From the NCBI GenBank assembly GCA_965197475.1, contig CBDANF010000002.1, positions 1,184,001 to 1,248,000 of the forward strand: a stretch of 64,000 nucleotides of DNA, read 5' to 3'. The translations under genes and the position numbers were made by a program. How positions within the stretch are numbered: position 1 is the first letter of the stretch; each line of letters begins with the position of its first letter. This document shows positions 1 through 10,035 of the stretch, piece after piece. The notes beneath the pieces were generated by a model. That model saw only the letters and a list, made by a program, of their open reading frames with translations, had not been told where the DNA came from and ran no database searches. This DNA is from Candidatus Poribacteria bacterium. GTDB taxonomy: Bacteria; Poribacteria; WGA-4E; WGA-3G.

Positions 1-12
1 CTTCGGTACCGA

Positions 13-1257
13 ATGCAGGATATTCGAGGGGCTGAACTGGATACGCGCGAGGCACTCAAACTTAACCCTTCTCACGTTCCAGCAAACTGGCAGCTTGGGC
101 GAATCTTAGCGCGTCGTGCTTATTATTCAGGTGGGAAAAATGTGTCGGAAGTATTGAAAACACTTAAAAAAGTGACTGAATTAGACCCTGATCATTTCGG
201 AGCACACCAAATGCTTGCCGATTTAGCATTCCAACTCCGTGAGTACTCAACTGCAGAAACATCTTTTAAAGCACTAACCCGTATCGTACCTTTTGAACCT
301 GAATTTCACAAACGCCTCGGTGATATCTATCGAAGGACAAATCAACCGCAAGCAGCTCTTGATGCTTACCAACGCGTCATTAAAATTAAACCCAACGATC
401 TAAATGCGCAAAAACATATAGGACACCTTTATCTTACCGTAGGAAAATTGGCGGAAGCACAACAAACCTTTAAGCAAATCCTTGTCGTAACACCGCGGGA
501 CGTTAATGCTAACTTAGGCCTCGGTTTGGTACTTCAGGAAATTGCGCAGCGTGCACTTATGCCAGAGAATGGCAACCCACAAAGTGAGACAGTTGAGATG
601 TCAACACTCATCCGAGATGCAGAAACATATCTTGGACGAGCGATCTTCTTTTCCAAGGAGTTTATCAACAGTTCTCAGGACGAATCCCAACGCGGTTTTT
701 ACCGACAGATTGCGGCCGATGCACAGTATGCTTTAGCAAATGTCTATATCCTTTTTAAAAACTTTAAGAAAGCCGAGGATACTTTCGCACAACTCCTCGC
801 TGACGATCCAGAGCACATCGGTGCAACATACGGGATTGCTTCAGTCTATCAAACGATGGGAGCATTCAAAAAAGCAGAAACATATCTGCGTAAAACGCTT
901 ACGATCCAACCGACACATGAATATGCACTCAATGCCCTCGGTTATCTTTATGCTGAGCAAGGAACACGGCTTGAAGAAGCGGAAGCGTTAATTAAGCGCG
1001 CACTTGCAAAGTCTCCAACTAACGGCGCATATCTGGATAGCCTCGGATGGGTTTTCTATAAACAAGGTCGCTTTCCGGAAGCCATCACGACTCTGGAGAG
1101 TGCGAATCAACAGATGCCCGAACAAGCTGAAATTCTGATGCACCTTGGTGATGCTTACCTCAAAAACGGTGAACCTGAAAAAGCCCGTGGTGTCTGGCGG
1201 CAAGCCCAAACAATCGAACCTGATAATGATGAAATACAGGAACGACTTGAGCAATAG
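13..1257 (+). CDS. TPR-repeat protein (probably 5'-truncated by window edge)
   Basis: Many TPR-like helices, including ALNALGYLYAE and YLDSLGWVFYKQG; frame is open back to base 1. Confidence 0.85.
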   Translation: MQDIRGAELDTREALKLNPSHVPANWQLGRILARRAYYSGGKNVSEVLKTLKKVTELDPDHFGAHQMLADLAFQLREYSTAETSFKALTRIVPFEPEFHKRLGDIYRRTNQPQAALDAYQRVIKIKPNDLNAQKHIGHLYLTVGKLAEAQQTFKQILVVTPRDVNANLGLGLVLQEIAQRALMPENGNPQSETVEMSTLIRDAETYLGRAIFFSKEFINSSQDESQRGFYRQIAADAQYALANVYILFKNFKKAEDTFAQLLADDPEHIGATYGIASVYQTMGAFKKAETYLRKTLTIQPTHEYALNALGYLYAEQGTRLEEAEALIKRALAKSPTNGAYLDSLGWVFYKQGRFPEAITTLESANQQMPEQAEILMHLGDAYLKNGEPEKARGVWRQAQTIEPDNDEIQERLEQ

Positions 1258-1353
1258 TTTTCGGCTTTCGGCAATCAGCATTCAGTTAAGAGACTTCTTT
1301 GCTGATAGCCGAAAGCTGATGGCTGATGGTTATCTCACTGAAACTATTAAGAA

Positions 1354-3075
1354 ATGCGAAATATTATAGTTACGTTTTTCTTTTTAACGCTAACCTTCTC
1401 AGCACAGTATGGCGAAACGTTCCAATGTGGTACACCATATCTAAAAGATGGCATGGTGTACCGACTTTCACCAGATGTGGCAACCGCACCAGCACACCCT
1501 GCAGCACCAGCACACCCTATCGGATTCCAACGAACATTCTTTGCTATTGATTTCGCAAGAAAACAGCAGTATATCATTAATGCTACGTTACGGGCAAGTG
1601 GTCCTCACTGCTATATCTTCGTTGAAGATTCGGAGTGGCAAGAAAACGTTACTGCACAAACTGTTCACGCTATCCAAACAGCGTTTGATTCAGCGACACC
1701 AGCAGACCCACGGCGCGGAATCTATGATATATTAACGGAAGACCTTGGTCCGCCGCCAGATATTGATGGAAACGAAAAAGTTATTTTGCTCTTTCTCAAA
1801 ATCCGTGATATTGGTGCCCGCCACGCGACAGCGGGTTACTTCATGCCGATAGATCAACATCGTGGTATGCTGCACCATCCAACCCTTGGGCCGCTACATA
1901 GCAACGAGGCAGATATTCTCTATATCAACTCAAAAAATCAGTCAGCGAATTCTGATGCGATTCAGTCTGTTATCGCCCATGAATTTCAACATCTTATCCA
2001 TTGGCGGCATTCTCCAAACGAGGAAACATGGATAGACGAAGGGTGTGCTGATTACGCTGCATTTCAGTGTGGTTATAACCTTTATCAACACCTGAATGCT
2101 TTTCAGAAAGCACCGAACATCTCGCTGACCGATTGGTCCCAGATGAGTCAAACGAACCTACTGGCACACTACGGGGCTGCTTTTCTTTTCATGTTGTACC
2201 TCCACGATCACTATGGTGGTGGACAGACTGTCGCCGCGCTTGTAAAAAATCGTTTAGACGGAATTTCAGGCATTACACAGACGTTGAAAGCACGAGGGAC
2301 GCATCGTCCCTTCTCGGATATTTTCGCAGACTGGAAAGTCGCAAATTATCTTACTACTTGGAAGACGTTTGGAACTGTAGAAAAAACTTTCCGGTATAAC
2401 TCATTAGCACTTGCAGTTCAACCGCTATTTACTCATGAGAGTTACCCAGCTCTTGGCAAAAATAGGACGCTTGCCAATTTTGCCGCGCACGCTATTGAAT
2501 GTAAGGTGGCGACTGCAGGACAGGCGGGTCTAACCCTCAGTTTGTCTGCCCAACGTAACATGCCTGTCAATATCAAGGTCGCATATTTACATAAAACAGG
2601 GGAGATTGAGGTTGAGTCGCTACCCTTTAAAACTATTGACGGAACCGCCTCATTGGATATTCCCACTTTTGGAACTGATGTCCAACGTTTGATGCTTATT
2701 CCAAGTCTACAGATTGAAAATCAAAGTTTTTCTCAGCAATCTATAACTTATGACTATAGTGCTTTTGAGGGTAGTTTAGGCACTTACACCACACACGTGC
2801 TGCCGAATCCGATACATCCGAACTATTGGGAAATTGTTGCTGTTCCAAGCGAGGTAACGAGTGTACATTCGTTTACTGTAACACTGACATACCAAAACCG
2901 TAATCTTCTTGATGCTAAACCGATGGTGTATGTTAAAAATGAAGGCAACGCACTCTATCGCTACGTTTTTCATCTCGATCCTGAGGTTGAAACAACAGAG
3001 GTTGAATGGAGCATCATGCGGGGTGACACGATTATTGATGAAGGGGTTTTGAATGAATCAACTGATAACCGATAA
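1354..3075 (+). CDS. Secreted zinc metallopeptidase (M30/M6-like)
   Basis: Signal peptide, CGTP segment, HEFQH plus WIDEG zincin motifs. Confidence 0.75.
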   Translation: MRNIIVTFFFLTLTFSAQYGETFQCGTPYLKDGMVYRLSPDVATAPAHPAAPAHPIGFQRTFFAIDFARKQQYIINATLRASGPHCYIFVEDSEWQENVTAQTVHAIQTAFDSATPADPRRGIYDILTEDLGPPPDIDGNEKVILLFLKIRDIGARHATAGYFMPIDQHRGMLHHPTLGPLHSNEADILYINSKNQSANSDAIQSVIAHEFQHLIHWRHSPNEETWIDEGCADYAAFQCGYNLYQHLNAFQKAPNISLTDWSQMSQTNLLAHYGAAFLFMLYLHDHYGGGQTVAALVKNRLDGISGITQTLKARGTHRPFSDIFADWKVANYLTTWKTFGTVEKTFRYNSLALAVQPLFTHESYPALGKNRTLANFAAHAIECKVATAGQAGLTLSLSAQRNMPVNIKVAYLHKTGEIEVESLPFKTIDGTASLDIPTFGTDVQRLMLIPSLQIENQSFSQQSITYDYSAFEGSLGTYTTHVLPNPIHPNYWEIVAVPSEVTSVHSFTVTLTYQNRNLLDAKPMVYVKNEGNALYRYVFHLDPEVETTEVEWSIMRGDTIIDEGVLNESTDNR

Positions 3076-3100
3076 CTGATAATTATCAAAGGAGGTATAC

Positions 3101-4072
3101 ATGCCGAACACACTTTATGCAGGAACGATTGGACAAAGTATTTGGCGGAGCACCGATACCGGTAAAACCTGGAATCGCGCAAGCAACGGTATTTTTCCAG
3201 AAGCAGATATCCGCGCAATTGTTGTTCATCCAACGGATTCAAAAACACTTTATGCTGGTACAGAAAAAGGGGTTGTCAAAACCACAGATGGTGGCAATTC
3301 GTGGCAACACATGCCAAGTGAGATGGATAGTCGAGAAGTTTGGTCGCTCGCCATTCATCCGACTGCGCCTGAGACACTCTATGCCGGAACTTGCCCATCC
3401 GCGTTTTTCAAAACAACAGATGGCGGTGAGACTTGGACACAACTTGACGCGGAACTTGCACAAGAATGTGAGGGGATTCCGATCATCCCGCGCGTAACAA
3501 CTATCATTATTGATCCTGAAGACCATGAAACTGTTTATGCGGGGATTGAAATTGACGGTATGCGTCTTAGCACCGACGGTGGCAAAACGTGGCATAACCG
3601 AAGTGAAGGATTGAGCAGCCAAGATATTCACGGGTTGACGGTGGTGCCAGGTGAACAAAAAGTGCTTGTTGCCGCGACAAATAACGATGTCTGTATCACT
3701 ACAGATATGCACAATTGGACACCGTTGAAGGTTCGGGATCATTATCCGTGGCCGTACTGCCGTGCAGCGTTCTATTTGAATGGCGAAAATGCTAAAGTTT
3801 TTATCGGGGCAGGTAATGGTCCTCCCGGTGATCAAGGTGGTATCTTCCACAGCCAAGATATAAATGCAGCGGCGGCAATTCGTTGGGATCGCTCCGATAT
3901 CGGGATGACTGCAAATAGCACTATTTGGTGCTTTGGCTATAATTCGCGTGTTGATGGATTGCTGATAGCTTGTAGTGTGAGCGGACAACTTTTCTTGAGT
4001 GAGGACAATGGCGATTCTTGGGTGAAGTTGACGCATGAATTTGGAGAGGTGCGCGCCTTGGCGGTTGGGTAA
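3101..4072 (+). CDS. BNR/Asp-box beta-propeller protein
   Basis: Repeated S/T-x-D-G-G-x-T/S-W boxes; AGGAGG RBS. Confidence 0.8.
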   Translation: MPNTLYAGTIGQSIWRSTDTGKTWNRASNGIFPEADIRAIVVHPTDSKTLYAGTEKGVVKTTDGGNSWQHMPSEMDSREVWSLAIHPTAPETLYAGTCPSAFFKTTDGGETWTQLDAELAQECEGIPIIPRVTTIIIDPEDHETVYAGIEIDGMRLSTDGGKTWHNRSEGLSSQDIHGLTVVPGEQKVLVAATNNDVCITTDMHNWTPLKVRDHYPWPYCRAAFYLNGENAKVFIGAGNGPPGDQGGIFHSQDINAAAAIRWDRSDIGMTANSTIWCFGYNSRVDGLLIACSVSGQLFLSEDNGDSWVKLTHEFGEVRALAVG

Positions 4073-4205
4073 AGAATAATGCATCACAAAGAAAATGCCG
4101 TGTGTGTTGGTAATTCACATTAAATTATCTCTACAAGCAATAAAATAGGCAGATACCCAATCAAGGATACCTGCCTGTTGAATTGATGTGTGCTCGCGTT
4201 CTGTG

Positions 4206-5684
4206 TTATTGACGGGGTTCATGAAATCTGATGCTCCCGTAATAATCCCTACAACTCTGTCCGTTTCGATAGCACAACGCCCACGACTCACCGCAGATGT
4301 CCCGCACACCTGGACTCTTCAATTTACGGCGCGTACAAGGCCCCCGTGTTTGGTGCCAATAAAGCGCAGTTGTATCACACGACCAATATTCGTGGCCGTT
4401 TATACACCAAATACGATGTCTATTCGGATCCGCAACCTGCTGCGTGCAGGCACTGCGACCACAACTGAAAGTCGGGAACGTGTGCGTATGAGAACTACAC
4501 GCATAGAAACTGGTAACTGTGCAATACGCGAGACCCCCATCTTGGGTTACGCTAACAAGACAACTCGCTTGCATTGAATGCGAATTGGATTCACTTGGCG
4601 GACCACTATGATTACCACACGCATACGTTATCGGACACGCTGAACACCCGCCCGTTGTGCAGTAATCGCAATTCGGTGAGTTGTCGGTCTCCGTGATAGG
4701 GGTTGGGGACGGGTCCCCGAGATGTGCCGCTCGATAAGTGCCATACGGATCAACGGGATCATTTAAATGGGACCCCACAACTTCAAAATAATCCGAAATC
4801 TCTTCAGCACGCGACTCATGCGTGGTGCTCGAAGACCACCACGCGTTGCGATGACTAAACTCCGGATTCGTGCAAACCCGATACGGTAGGTTACAACGCG
4901 TTTCACGTACATCGTTATACCAAAACCATTTTTGGCAATTCCGAACACCATGTCTGGCAACTCCATCTGCATTACAAGTGTAATAGAAGATACCATCCCC
5001 TGGCACCGGGGAATTACGATGTACCTCTTCACTACCACACAACTCGCGATGCGTATTGTAAGCTTCACTCGGCGTGGAAAACGTGTCTGAACACGATGAA
5101 GAACCCAGACAATTGAACTCAGGCAAATCATCACGACACGTCTTCTCTTCCCAGTCCGGCACGGTATGATTGACGTTAGATGGTGAAGCATCATCATGCT
5201 GATTCGTATGATGCGAATTGACAGTCGTCTCAGCATGCTTATGTGCACTATTATACAAGGGAACTGTTATATTATAAAACCAATCTATTTCACCCTTCAG
5301 TAACTCAAGCATATCGCTATAAAGATCCATCAGGCTCAGGTTTTCATATAGTTTTGTCAATTCTTTCTCCGCATCCGACTCCAGAAAGCCCAGCAACCTG
5401 GCTGCGGTCAAGAGCGTGCCATCGCTGAGAAAGTTTGATACAGCAGTATCAAGATTTTGCGTGCGCGCCTCATCTGTCGCCTCCTCCCATTTGGCACTCA
5501 CCTTGTTTACAACTGTCCACGCATCCTGAACTTTAGCACGTTGATCTCTGACTTTCCCTTCCATACTGCTCAGATCCACTATGGCGTTGATTGGGACTAT
5601 ATCATCATTAGGGGTTGCATAACAGAAAGTAAAAACAGATAGACAGATAGCGTAAATTCCAATCGTGTAAATTGTTTTTCTCAT
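4206..5684 (-). CDS. Secreted Cys/His-rich protein (cassette A gene 3)
   Basis: Signal peptide, helical N-terminal part, Cys/His-dense C-terminal half; AGGAG RBS; paralog of 7559-9304. Confidence 0.8.
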   Translation of the reverse strand: MRKTIYTIGIYAICLSVFTFCYATPNDDIVPINAIVDLSSMEGKVRDQRAKVQDAWTVVNKVSAKWEEATDEARTQNLDTAVSNFLSDGTLLTAARLLGFLESDAEKELTKLYENLSLMDLYSDMLELLKGEIDWFYNITVPLYNSAHKHAETTVNSHHTNQHDDASPSNVNHTVPDWEEKTCRDDLPEFNCLGSSSCSDTFSTPSEAYNTHRELCGSEEVHRNSPVPGDGIFYYTCNADGVARHGVRNCQKWFWYNDVRETRCNLPYRVCTNPEFSHRNAWWSSSTTHESRAEEISDYFEVVGSHLNDPVDPYGTYRAAHLGDPSPTPITETDNSPNCDYCTTGGCSACPITYACGNHSGPPSESNSHSMQASCLVSVTQDGGLAYCTVTSFYACSSHTHTFPTFSCGRSACTQQVADPNRHRIWCINGHEYWSCDTTALYWHQTRGPCTRRKLKSPGVRDICGESWALCYRNGQSCRDYYGSIRFHEPRQ

Positions 5685-5693
5685 GGTATTCTC

Positions 5694-6422
5694 CTATTTT
5701 GGTATTGGGAAATTTGAGGACATTCTCTCGGGACGTAGATATAGGATGTACTGACCCGTGTTTCGTGTCCACCTTAACTTCCCTAAATCATTCATCCGGG
5801 CAAGTTCCCACTTATGACGTTTGAATTCCTCACTCGGAGGTGCCCTATCTTTAAATGTGAACGCATCATCTCGCGCTTCCAGCTCACGACTCTTCTCAGT
5901 ATCTGCCATTATACGCGCCTCAATATTCCTCATTGTGTTTAGGACTATGGGGTTGGCGAGGTCATTGATACTTTCATAGTATGTTATCAGATAGATGTCG
6001 CGTGCGATGGCTGCTGCCTCAGCGTCATCAGGTGGGAAGGGCGGTATCCATTTAGCACTCCAGTGTCCACGTTCTTTTGCTTGTAGACGGAGTGCTTCAA
6101 CAGGATGCGTCTCTAAGAGCTCTGTGTGGTGTGTCAATGGACCGGCAGACGTTTTCGGCACCGGAGCATATAGTGCATCGTGCCACTCATCACCGTGCCA
6201 GTGTCCGTGTGGTGAAGCCCCTGGTGGCGGTTGCCTGTCAGCAATAGTTATGGGTTGCTTCTTTACTTTCTGGTTGTCGCGAATTTTGTCTAACTCTTCA
6301 TCTGAGGACGGGTTATAGACGGTTTCCGTTTCGGTATCTTTGTCTATCAACAAGAACACACCCGCAATACCGATCAAGACGATGAGGACAATGATTCCTC
6401 TCAATATGTTCCTATTCATCAT
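5694..6422 (-). CDS. N-terminally anchored protein with HGHWHGDEWHD motif (cassette A gene 2)
   Basis: One N-terminal TM helix; AAGGAG RBS before ATG 6422; N-terminal ~40 aa shared with copy B. Confidence 0.8.
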   Translation of the reverse strand: MMNRNILRGIIVLIVLIGIAGVFLLIDKDTETETVYNPSSDEELDKIRDNQKVKKQPITIADRQPPPGASPHGHWHGDEWHDALYAPVPKTSAGPLTHHTELLETHPVEALRLQAKERGHWSAKWIPPFPPDDAEAAAIARDIYLITYYESINDLANPIVLNTMRNIEARIMADTEKSRELEARDDAFTFKDRAPPSEEFKRHKWELARMNDLGKLRWTRNTGQYILYLRPERMSSNFPIPK

Positions 6423-6858
6423 AGTTCTCCTTACTATAAAGTTGTTCACTTTGCGCTGCTGCGTTTAGCGTGCAAGGTGCTTTCTGTTGTGGACAAATCG
6501 GTTGCTGTTCCACCTTTGGACAGTCCTTCCGTGTCCATTTAAGGCAGGGGGTTGTGTCTGTCTGTGTAGCATCAATCACTTTTATTGTGCCAAACAGTAA
6601 CCCTCCACCGATACAGACAATAAGTGCCGCTGTGAGTCCTATCTTTCGTCTCCGTTGCATTTTCGGTTTCGGAGTATCCTGTTGTGTGTCCATCTGTTTT
6701 AAGGACAAGAATCCCCAAAGCGAGATAACGAGTGCAACGATACTCAGATGGATTCCGTGCTGCTCAAAAAAGAGTGCGAAGAACGAGATAGCGATGAGTC
6801 CACCGAATGCAGCCACGGCTGCGATGTCGGCATTCGCTGTTAAAAATCTTGTTTTCAC
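6412..6858 (-). CDS. Small 3-TM membrane protein (cassette A gene 1)
   Basis: Three hydrophobic segments; GGAGG RBS before GTG 6858; near-identical to copy B. Confidence 0.75.
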   Translation of the reverse strand: MKTRFLTANADIAAVAAFGGLIAISFFALFFEQHGIHLSIVALVISLWGFLSLKQMDTQQDTPKPKMQRRRKIGLTAALIVCIGGGLLFGTIKVIDATQTDTTPCLKWTRKDCPKVEQQPICPQQKAPCTLNAAAQSEQLYSKENYDE

Positions 6859-6974
6859 AATTATATAGCCTCCATTAAAATTTGTCAAATAAAACTATCT
6901 GTTATATCCTATCGTTGTGCATAGTACACGTGCGCAACAAGGATGACAAGCATTGAAACACTTTCCAATGCAAC

Positions 6975-7020
6975 AACAAAAGCCCGCGACGAGCCACTCC
7001 GTGTGAGACGAAGCGCGGGC
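6975..7020 (-). terminator. Leader intrinsic-terminator candidate, cassette A
   Basis: Minus strand GCCCGCG...CGCGGGC stem followed by TTTTGTTGTT. Confidence 0.6.
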
Positions 7021-7084
7021 GGGCGCGAAAATATCGCAGCTGCTAACATCTGCGATAAGACCTTGAAAACTAAATTGGTTAAAA

Positions 7085-7231
7085 TTAACGAATGTGAAGT
7101 GGGGGGGGGGTAGTTAACTTATAGTTAAAATATGTCAATCGACGTATACCGCGCGGACAAATCCTGCTCATGTAACAGGTGTCCGGCGTGATCATTTTTT
7201 GGATTATGGTTTTGATATGTCGGTCCCTCAT
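7085..7231 (-). CDS. 48-aa leader uORF crossing a C10 tract (MRDRHIKT...KLTTPPPLHIR)
   Basis: AAGGGGA RBS-like sequence; same length, no indels, in copy B (10700-10846). Confidence 0.55.
   Translation of the reverse strand: MRDRHIKTIIQKMITPDTCYMSRICPRGIRRLTYFNYKLTTPPPLHIR
7101..7110. repeat. G10 homopolymer (C10 on coding strand)
   Basis: Read directly; identical tract at 10716-10725. Confidence 0.95.
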
Positions 7232-7417
7232 TGTCAAATCCCCTTATGCGACAAAATATGATTAGCGGCGGTGCAACTTTCCACTTCCTCAAAAATTTCA
7301 TGTTGCACGCTCATAATATCACTACTACTCAATTTAGCGTGTCTTTCTTCCATGGGTTACAGTAAATTTGAACTTTTTTCTAAAAATTCGTAAATTTTTG
7401 TATAAATCTGAATAAAG

Positions 7418-7454
7418 AAAATGCCGTGTGTGTTGAGAATACACACGGCATTTT
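7418..7454. terminator. Terminator hairpin after cassette B
   Basis: AAAATGCCGTGTGT-N9-ACACACGGCATTTT. Confidence 0.75.
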
Positions 7455-7558
7455 GCGTGTTGGTAATTCACATTAAATTATCTCTACAAGCAATAAAATA
7501 GGCAGATACCCAATCAAGGATACCTGCCTGTTGAATTGATGTGTGCTCGCGTTCTGTG

Positions 7559-9304
7559 TTATTGACGGGGTTCATGAAATCTGATGCGCCTGTAATAATC
7601 CATACAACTCTGTCCGTTTCGATAGCACAACGCCCACGACTCACCGCAGGGTCCCCGGACACCTGGACTCTTCAATTTACGGCGCGTACAAGGCCCCCGT
7701 GTTTGGTGCCAATAAAGCGCAGTTGTATCACACGACCAATATTCGTGGCCGTTTATACACCAAATACGATGTCTATTCGGATCCGCAACCTGCTGCGTGC
7801 AGGCACTGCGACCACAACTGAAAGTCGGGAACGTGTGCGTATGAGAACTACACGCATAGAAATTGGTAACAGTGCAGGAATGCCCCCATATATTGGTTAT
7901 GGAACAACTCGCTTGCAACGCATGTGAACTGGATTGACAAGCATAGATCGTATGTCCACACCCCCAAGTTTCTGATCTATGGTCGTAGTCCGAGGATGAA
8001 CCTAGCCAATAGGTATGTCCACAGGGGCCGATGGCAGGACCACTGGTGATCGTGGTTGTTCCATGACTACTCGTCTCTGGACACTGTGCATACACACAGC
8101 CCCAATAGACGCGGTTGTTACAAGCTCCCTCGTTGCACGTATACGATACATGATAACCTGAAGTCCCCACCGCATGAATGCCACACGCATACGTTATCGG
8201 ACACGCGGAACACATGCCCGTTGTGCAATAATCACAATCCGGTGAGTTGTCTACAACAACGGGATTGGATGCCGTGCTTTCTGTACTGCTATCACCATTG
8301 TCAGAGTGCGTGCTTGCACCCGGGATATCAGGGTGATGATCAAATCTCTTGCCCATGCACCTTCTATAGAGGGTGCCACACGGACGTTTCTCCAGCGGTG
8401 CACCATAGTAATCTTCCCTTTCATATACCCATTTCGTGCAAGTCCGCCTCCGATGTTTCGCTTCATCGCTGCTACAATTGTAATACTGACGTCCACAGCC
8501 ATCCGCGGGAGAACGGATTTGAAGTATTTCTGATACGATCCTATTCAAATTTGCGACAATATCCGCTGAGTCACTCCCCGGCCCCATATAGACTCGCTCT
8601 ACCGCCTCTTCATATACATTTCTTGCTGTGCCACAGCTGACATCGTGAGGGCTATCTGGTGTGTCGAATTCCAAATTACAGCTGCCACCACACGGAAATT
8701 TGGGAAGATCTGGATGAGTGGGTTTTATGGGGGGATCCCCAGCCTTCTTCTTTGAAGTACTAGAATGCGAATTATAGTGATTTACGGCTGCGACAAGATC
8801 TCTGTATGCCTCCATTATTGAATTCGCTTCATCAGTCCCCTCAAACGTTACCGAGTTATCCCAATTCGCGTCAATATCTGATGCCAACACATTAGCCTGG
8901 CCGAGTTCATATACAATAAGGTCCTCTAACGAGTACGCTGAGTACATAGCCGTAACAATCTTTACGGTTATACCATACGCTGATGCAACCGCATCAATAA
9001 TGTTAGTTTTCGCACTACCGGTGAGTGCCGAGATTTGTTGGTTTCTAATTGAGGATTGTGTACCGAGCCATTGGCCATGAAGATACAATAACTTAGCTAC
9101 ATGTTGATCCCGCAAATCATCTAAAGCCTCAATATAATTATCCCAATCCTCCAACTCTGTATTAGCATTGTCAAAGTCGTCCTGAAGTGCTTGCCTATCT
9201 TCCGAGGAAGGATAGCCATTTATGGTGTGCGATCCTGTGTGAATAGCGGGCATAAAACTTACCAAAATGAAAAGCACTATAAGAATCGATCTTTTTGATT
9301 TCAT
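7559..9304 (-). CDS. Secreted Cys/His-rich protein (cassette B gene 3)
   Basis: Signal peptide; last ~100 aa almost identical to 4206-5684; extra Cys-rich modules. Confidence 0.8.
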   Translation of the reverse strand: MKSKRSILIVLFILVSFMPAIHTGSHTINGYPSSEDRQALQDDFDNANTELEDWDNYIEALDDLRDQHVAKLLYLHGQWLGTQSSIRNQQISALTGSAKTNIIDAVASAYGITVKIVTAMYSAYSLEDLIVYELGQANVLASDIDANWDNSVTFEGTDEANSIMEAYRDLVAAVNHYNSHSSTSKKKAGDPPIKPTHPDLPKFPCGGSCNLEFDTPDSPHDVSCGTARNVYEEAVERVYMGPGSDSADIVANLNRIVSEILQIRSPADGCGRQYYNCSSDEAKHRRRTCTKWVYEREDYYGAPLEKRPCGTLYRRCMGKRFDHHPDIPGASTHSDNGDSSTESTASNPVVVDNSPDCDYCTTGMCSACPITYACGIHAVGTSGYHVSYTCNEGACNNRVYWGCVYAQCPETSSHGTTTITSGPAIGPCGHTYWLGSSSDYDHRSETWGCGHTIYACQSSSHALQASCSITNIWGHSCTVTNFYACSSHTHTFPTFSCGRSACTQQVADPNRHRIWCINGHEYWSCDTTALYWHQTRGPCTRRKLKSPGVRGPCGESWALCYRNGQSCMDYYRRIRFHEPRQ

Positions 9305-10035
9305 CGGTTCCTCCTCTGTCGTATCACATCAAGATCTTCTTTTGACGGTAGACCTCCATATTTTTCCCGCGGATCTCCATATTTTTCAAAAGGAGAGGGA
9401 TGGTTAGACTTTGGGATGAGTGCATTGTACGGCTCAAGGAGTTTCTCCAATTCCTCAACTCTTTCAAGTGCATAACGGTTATTCGTTTTGTCTGAAGAAT
9501 AAAGATTTCGGAGTCTCCACATTGCGTTCTTAACTTCCTGTATTTCCTCCCATAATGCATGACTTCTTAGATCACCAGAATTGCGGTATTTTACATAAGT
9601 CTGCACAAGTTTTTTAACTCTATCCGTGTAAGCTTCACTGAAGACATCCTCAGGAAGTTTCAGTTCTGATGGTACCGTATTCGGTATCGCGCGTTCGCCT
9701 TTTTTGCGCCACGTGTTGTCTGGATACAACCGCCACGTGTCGTCCGTTTCAAAAGATGGTTGGTTTCCAGCATCCACGACAGCGGGATCATGGGGAGCAT
9801 CGTGCCAAGTTCCATCTGCGTGCCGATGCCCTTTTTCTCGGTTTCCTTCTGGCGACTGTGCTTTGGCTGCTTTCTGTGCTGCCAAATCCTGCCTTATCTT
9901 TTGCCACTCTTCTTCCGATGGCGGGTTATAGACGGTTTCCGTTTCGGTATCTTTGTCTATCAACAAGAACACACCCGCAATACCGAGCAGGACGATGAGG
10001 ACAACGATTCCTCTCAATATGTTCCTATTCATCAT
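9301..10035 (-). CDS. N-terminally anchored protein with GHRHADGTWHD motif (cassette B gene 2)
   Basis: TM helix; its stop overlaps the gene 3 start (ATGA). Confidence 0.8.
   Translation of the reverse strand: MMNRNILRGIVVLIVLLGIAGVFLLIDKDTETETVYNPPSEEEWQKIRQDLAAQKAAKAQSPEGNREKGHRHADGTWHDAPHDPAVVDAGNQPSFETDDTWRLYPDNTWRKKGERAIPNTVPSELKLPEDVFSEAYTDRVKKLVQTYVKYRNSGDLRSHALWEEIQEVKNAMWRLRNLYSSDKTNNRYALERVEELEKLLEPYNALIPKSNHPSPFEKYGDPREKYGGLPSKEDLDVIRQRRNR

Larger units (their letters stand above)
4088..7400 (-). repeat. Cassette copy A of tandem duplication (leader + 3 genes)
   Basis: 4104-4520 nearly identical to 7457-7873; ~6300-7400 highly similar to ~9915-11011; middle divergent. Confidence 0.9.

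Noticed and set aside
3239-4087. 282-aa antisense ORF (also 28593-29429 and other shadow ORFs)
   Set aside because: Antisense to well-supported genes, with no recognisable motifs
4206-7873. Diversity-generating retroelement TR/VR pair at the near-identical gene 3 C-termini
   Set aside because: No reverse transcriptase in the window; both copies are coding; mismatches include non-adenine changes such as G/T
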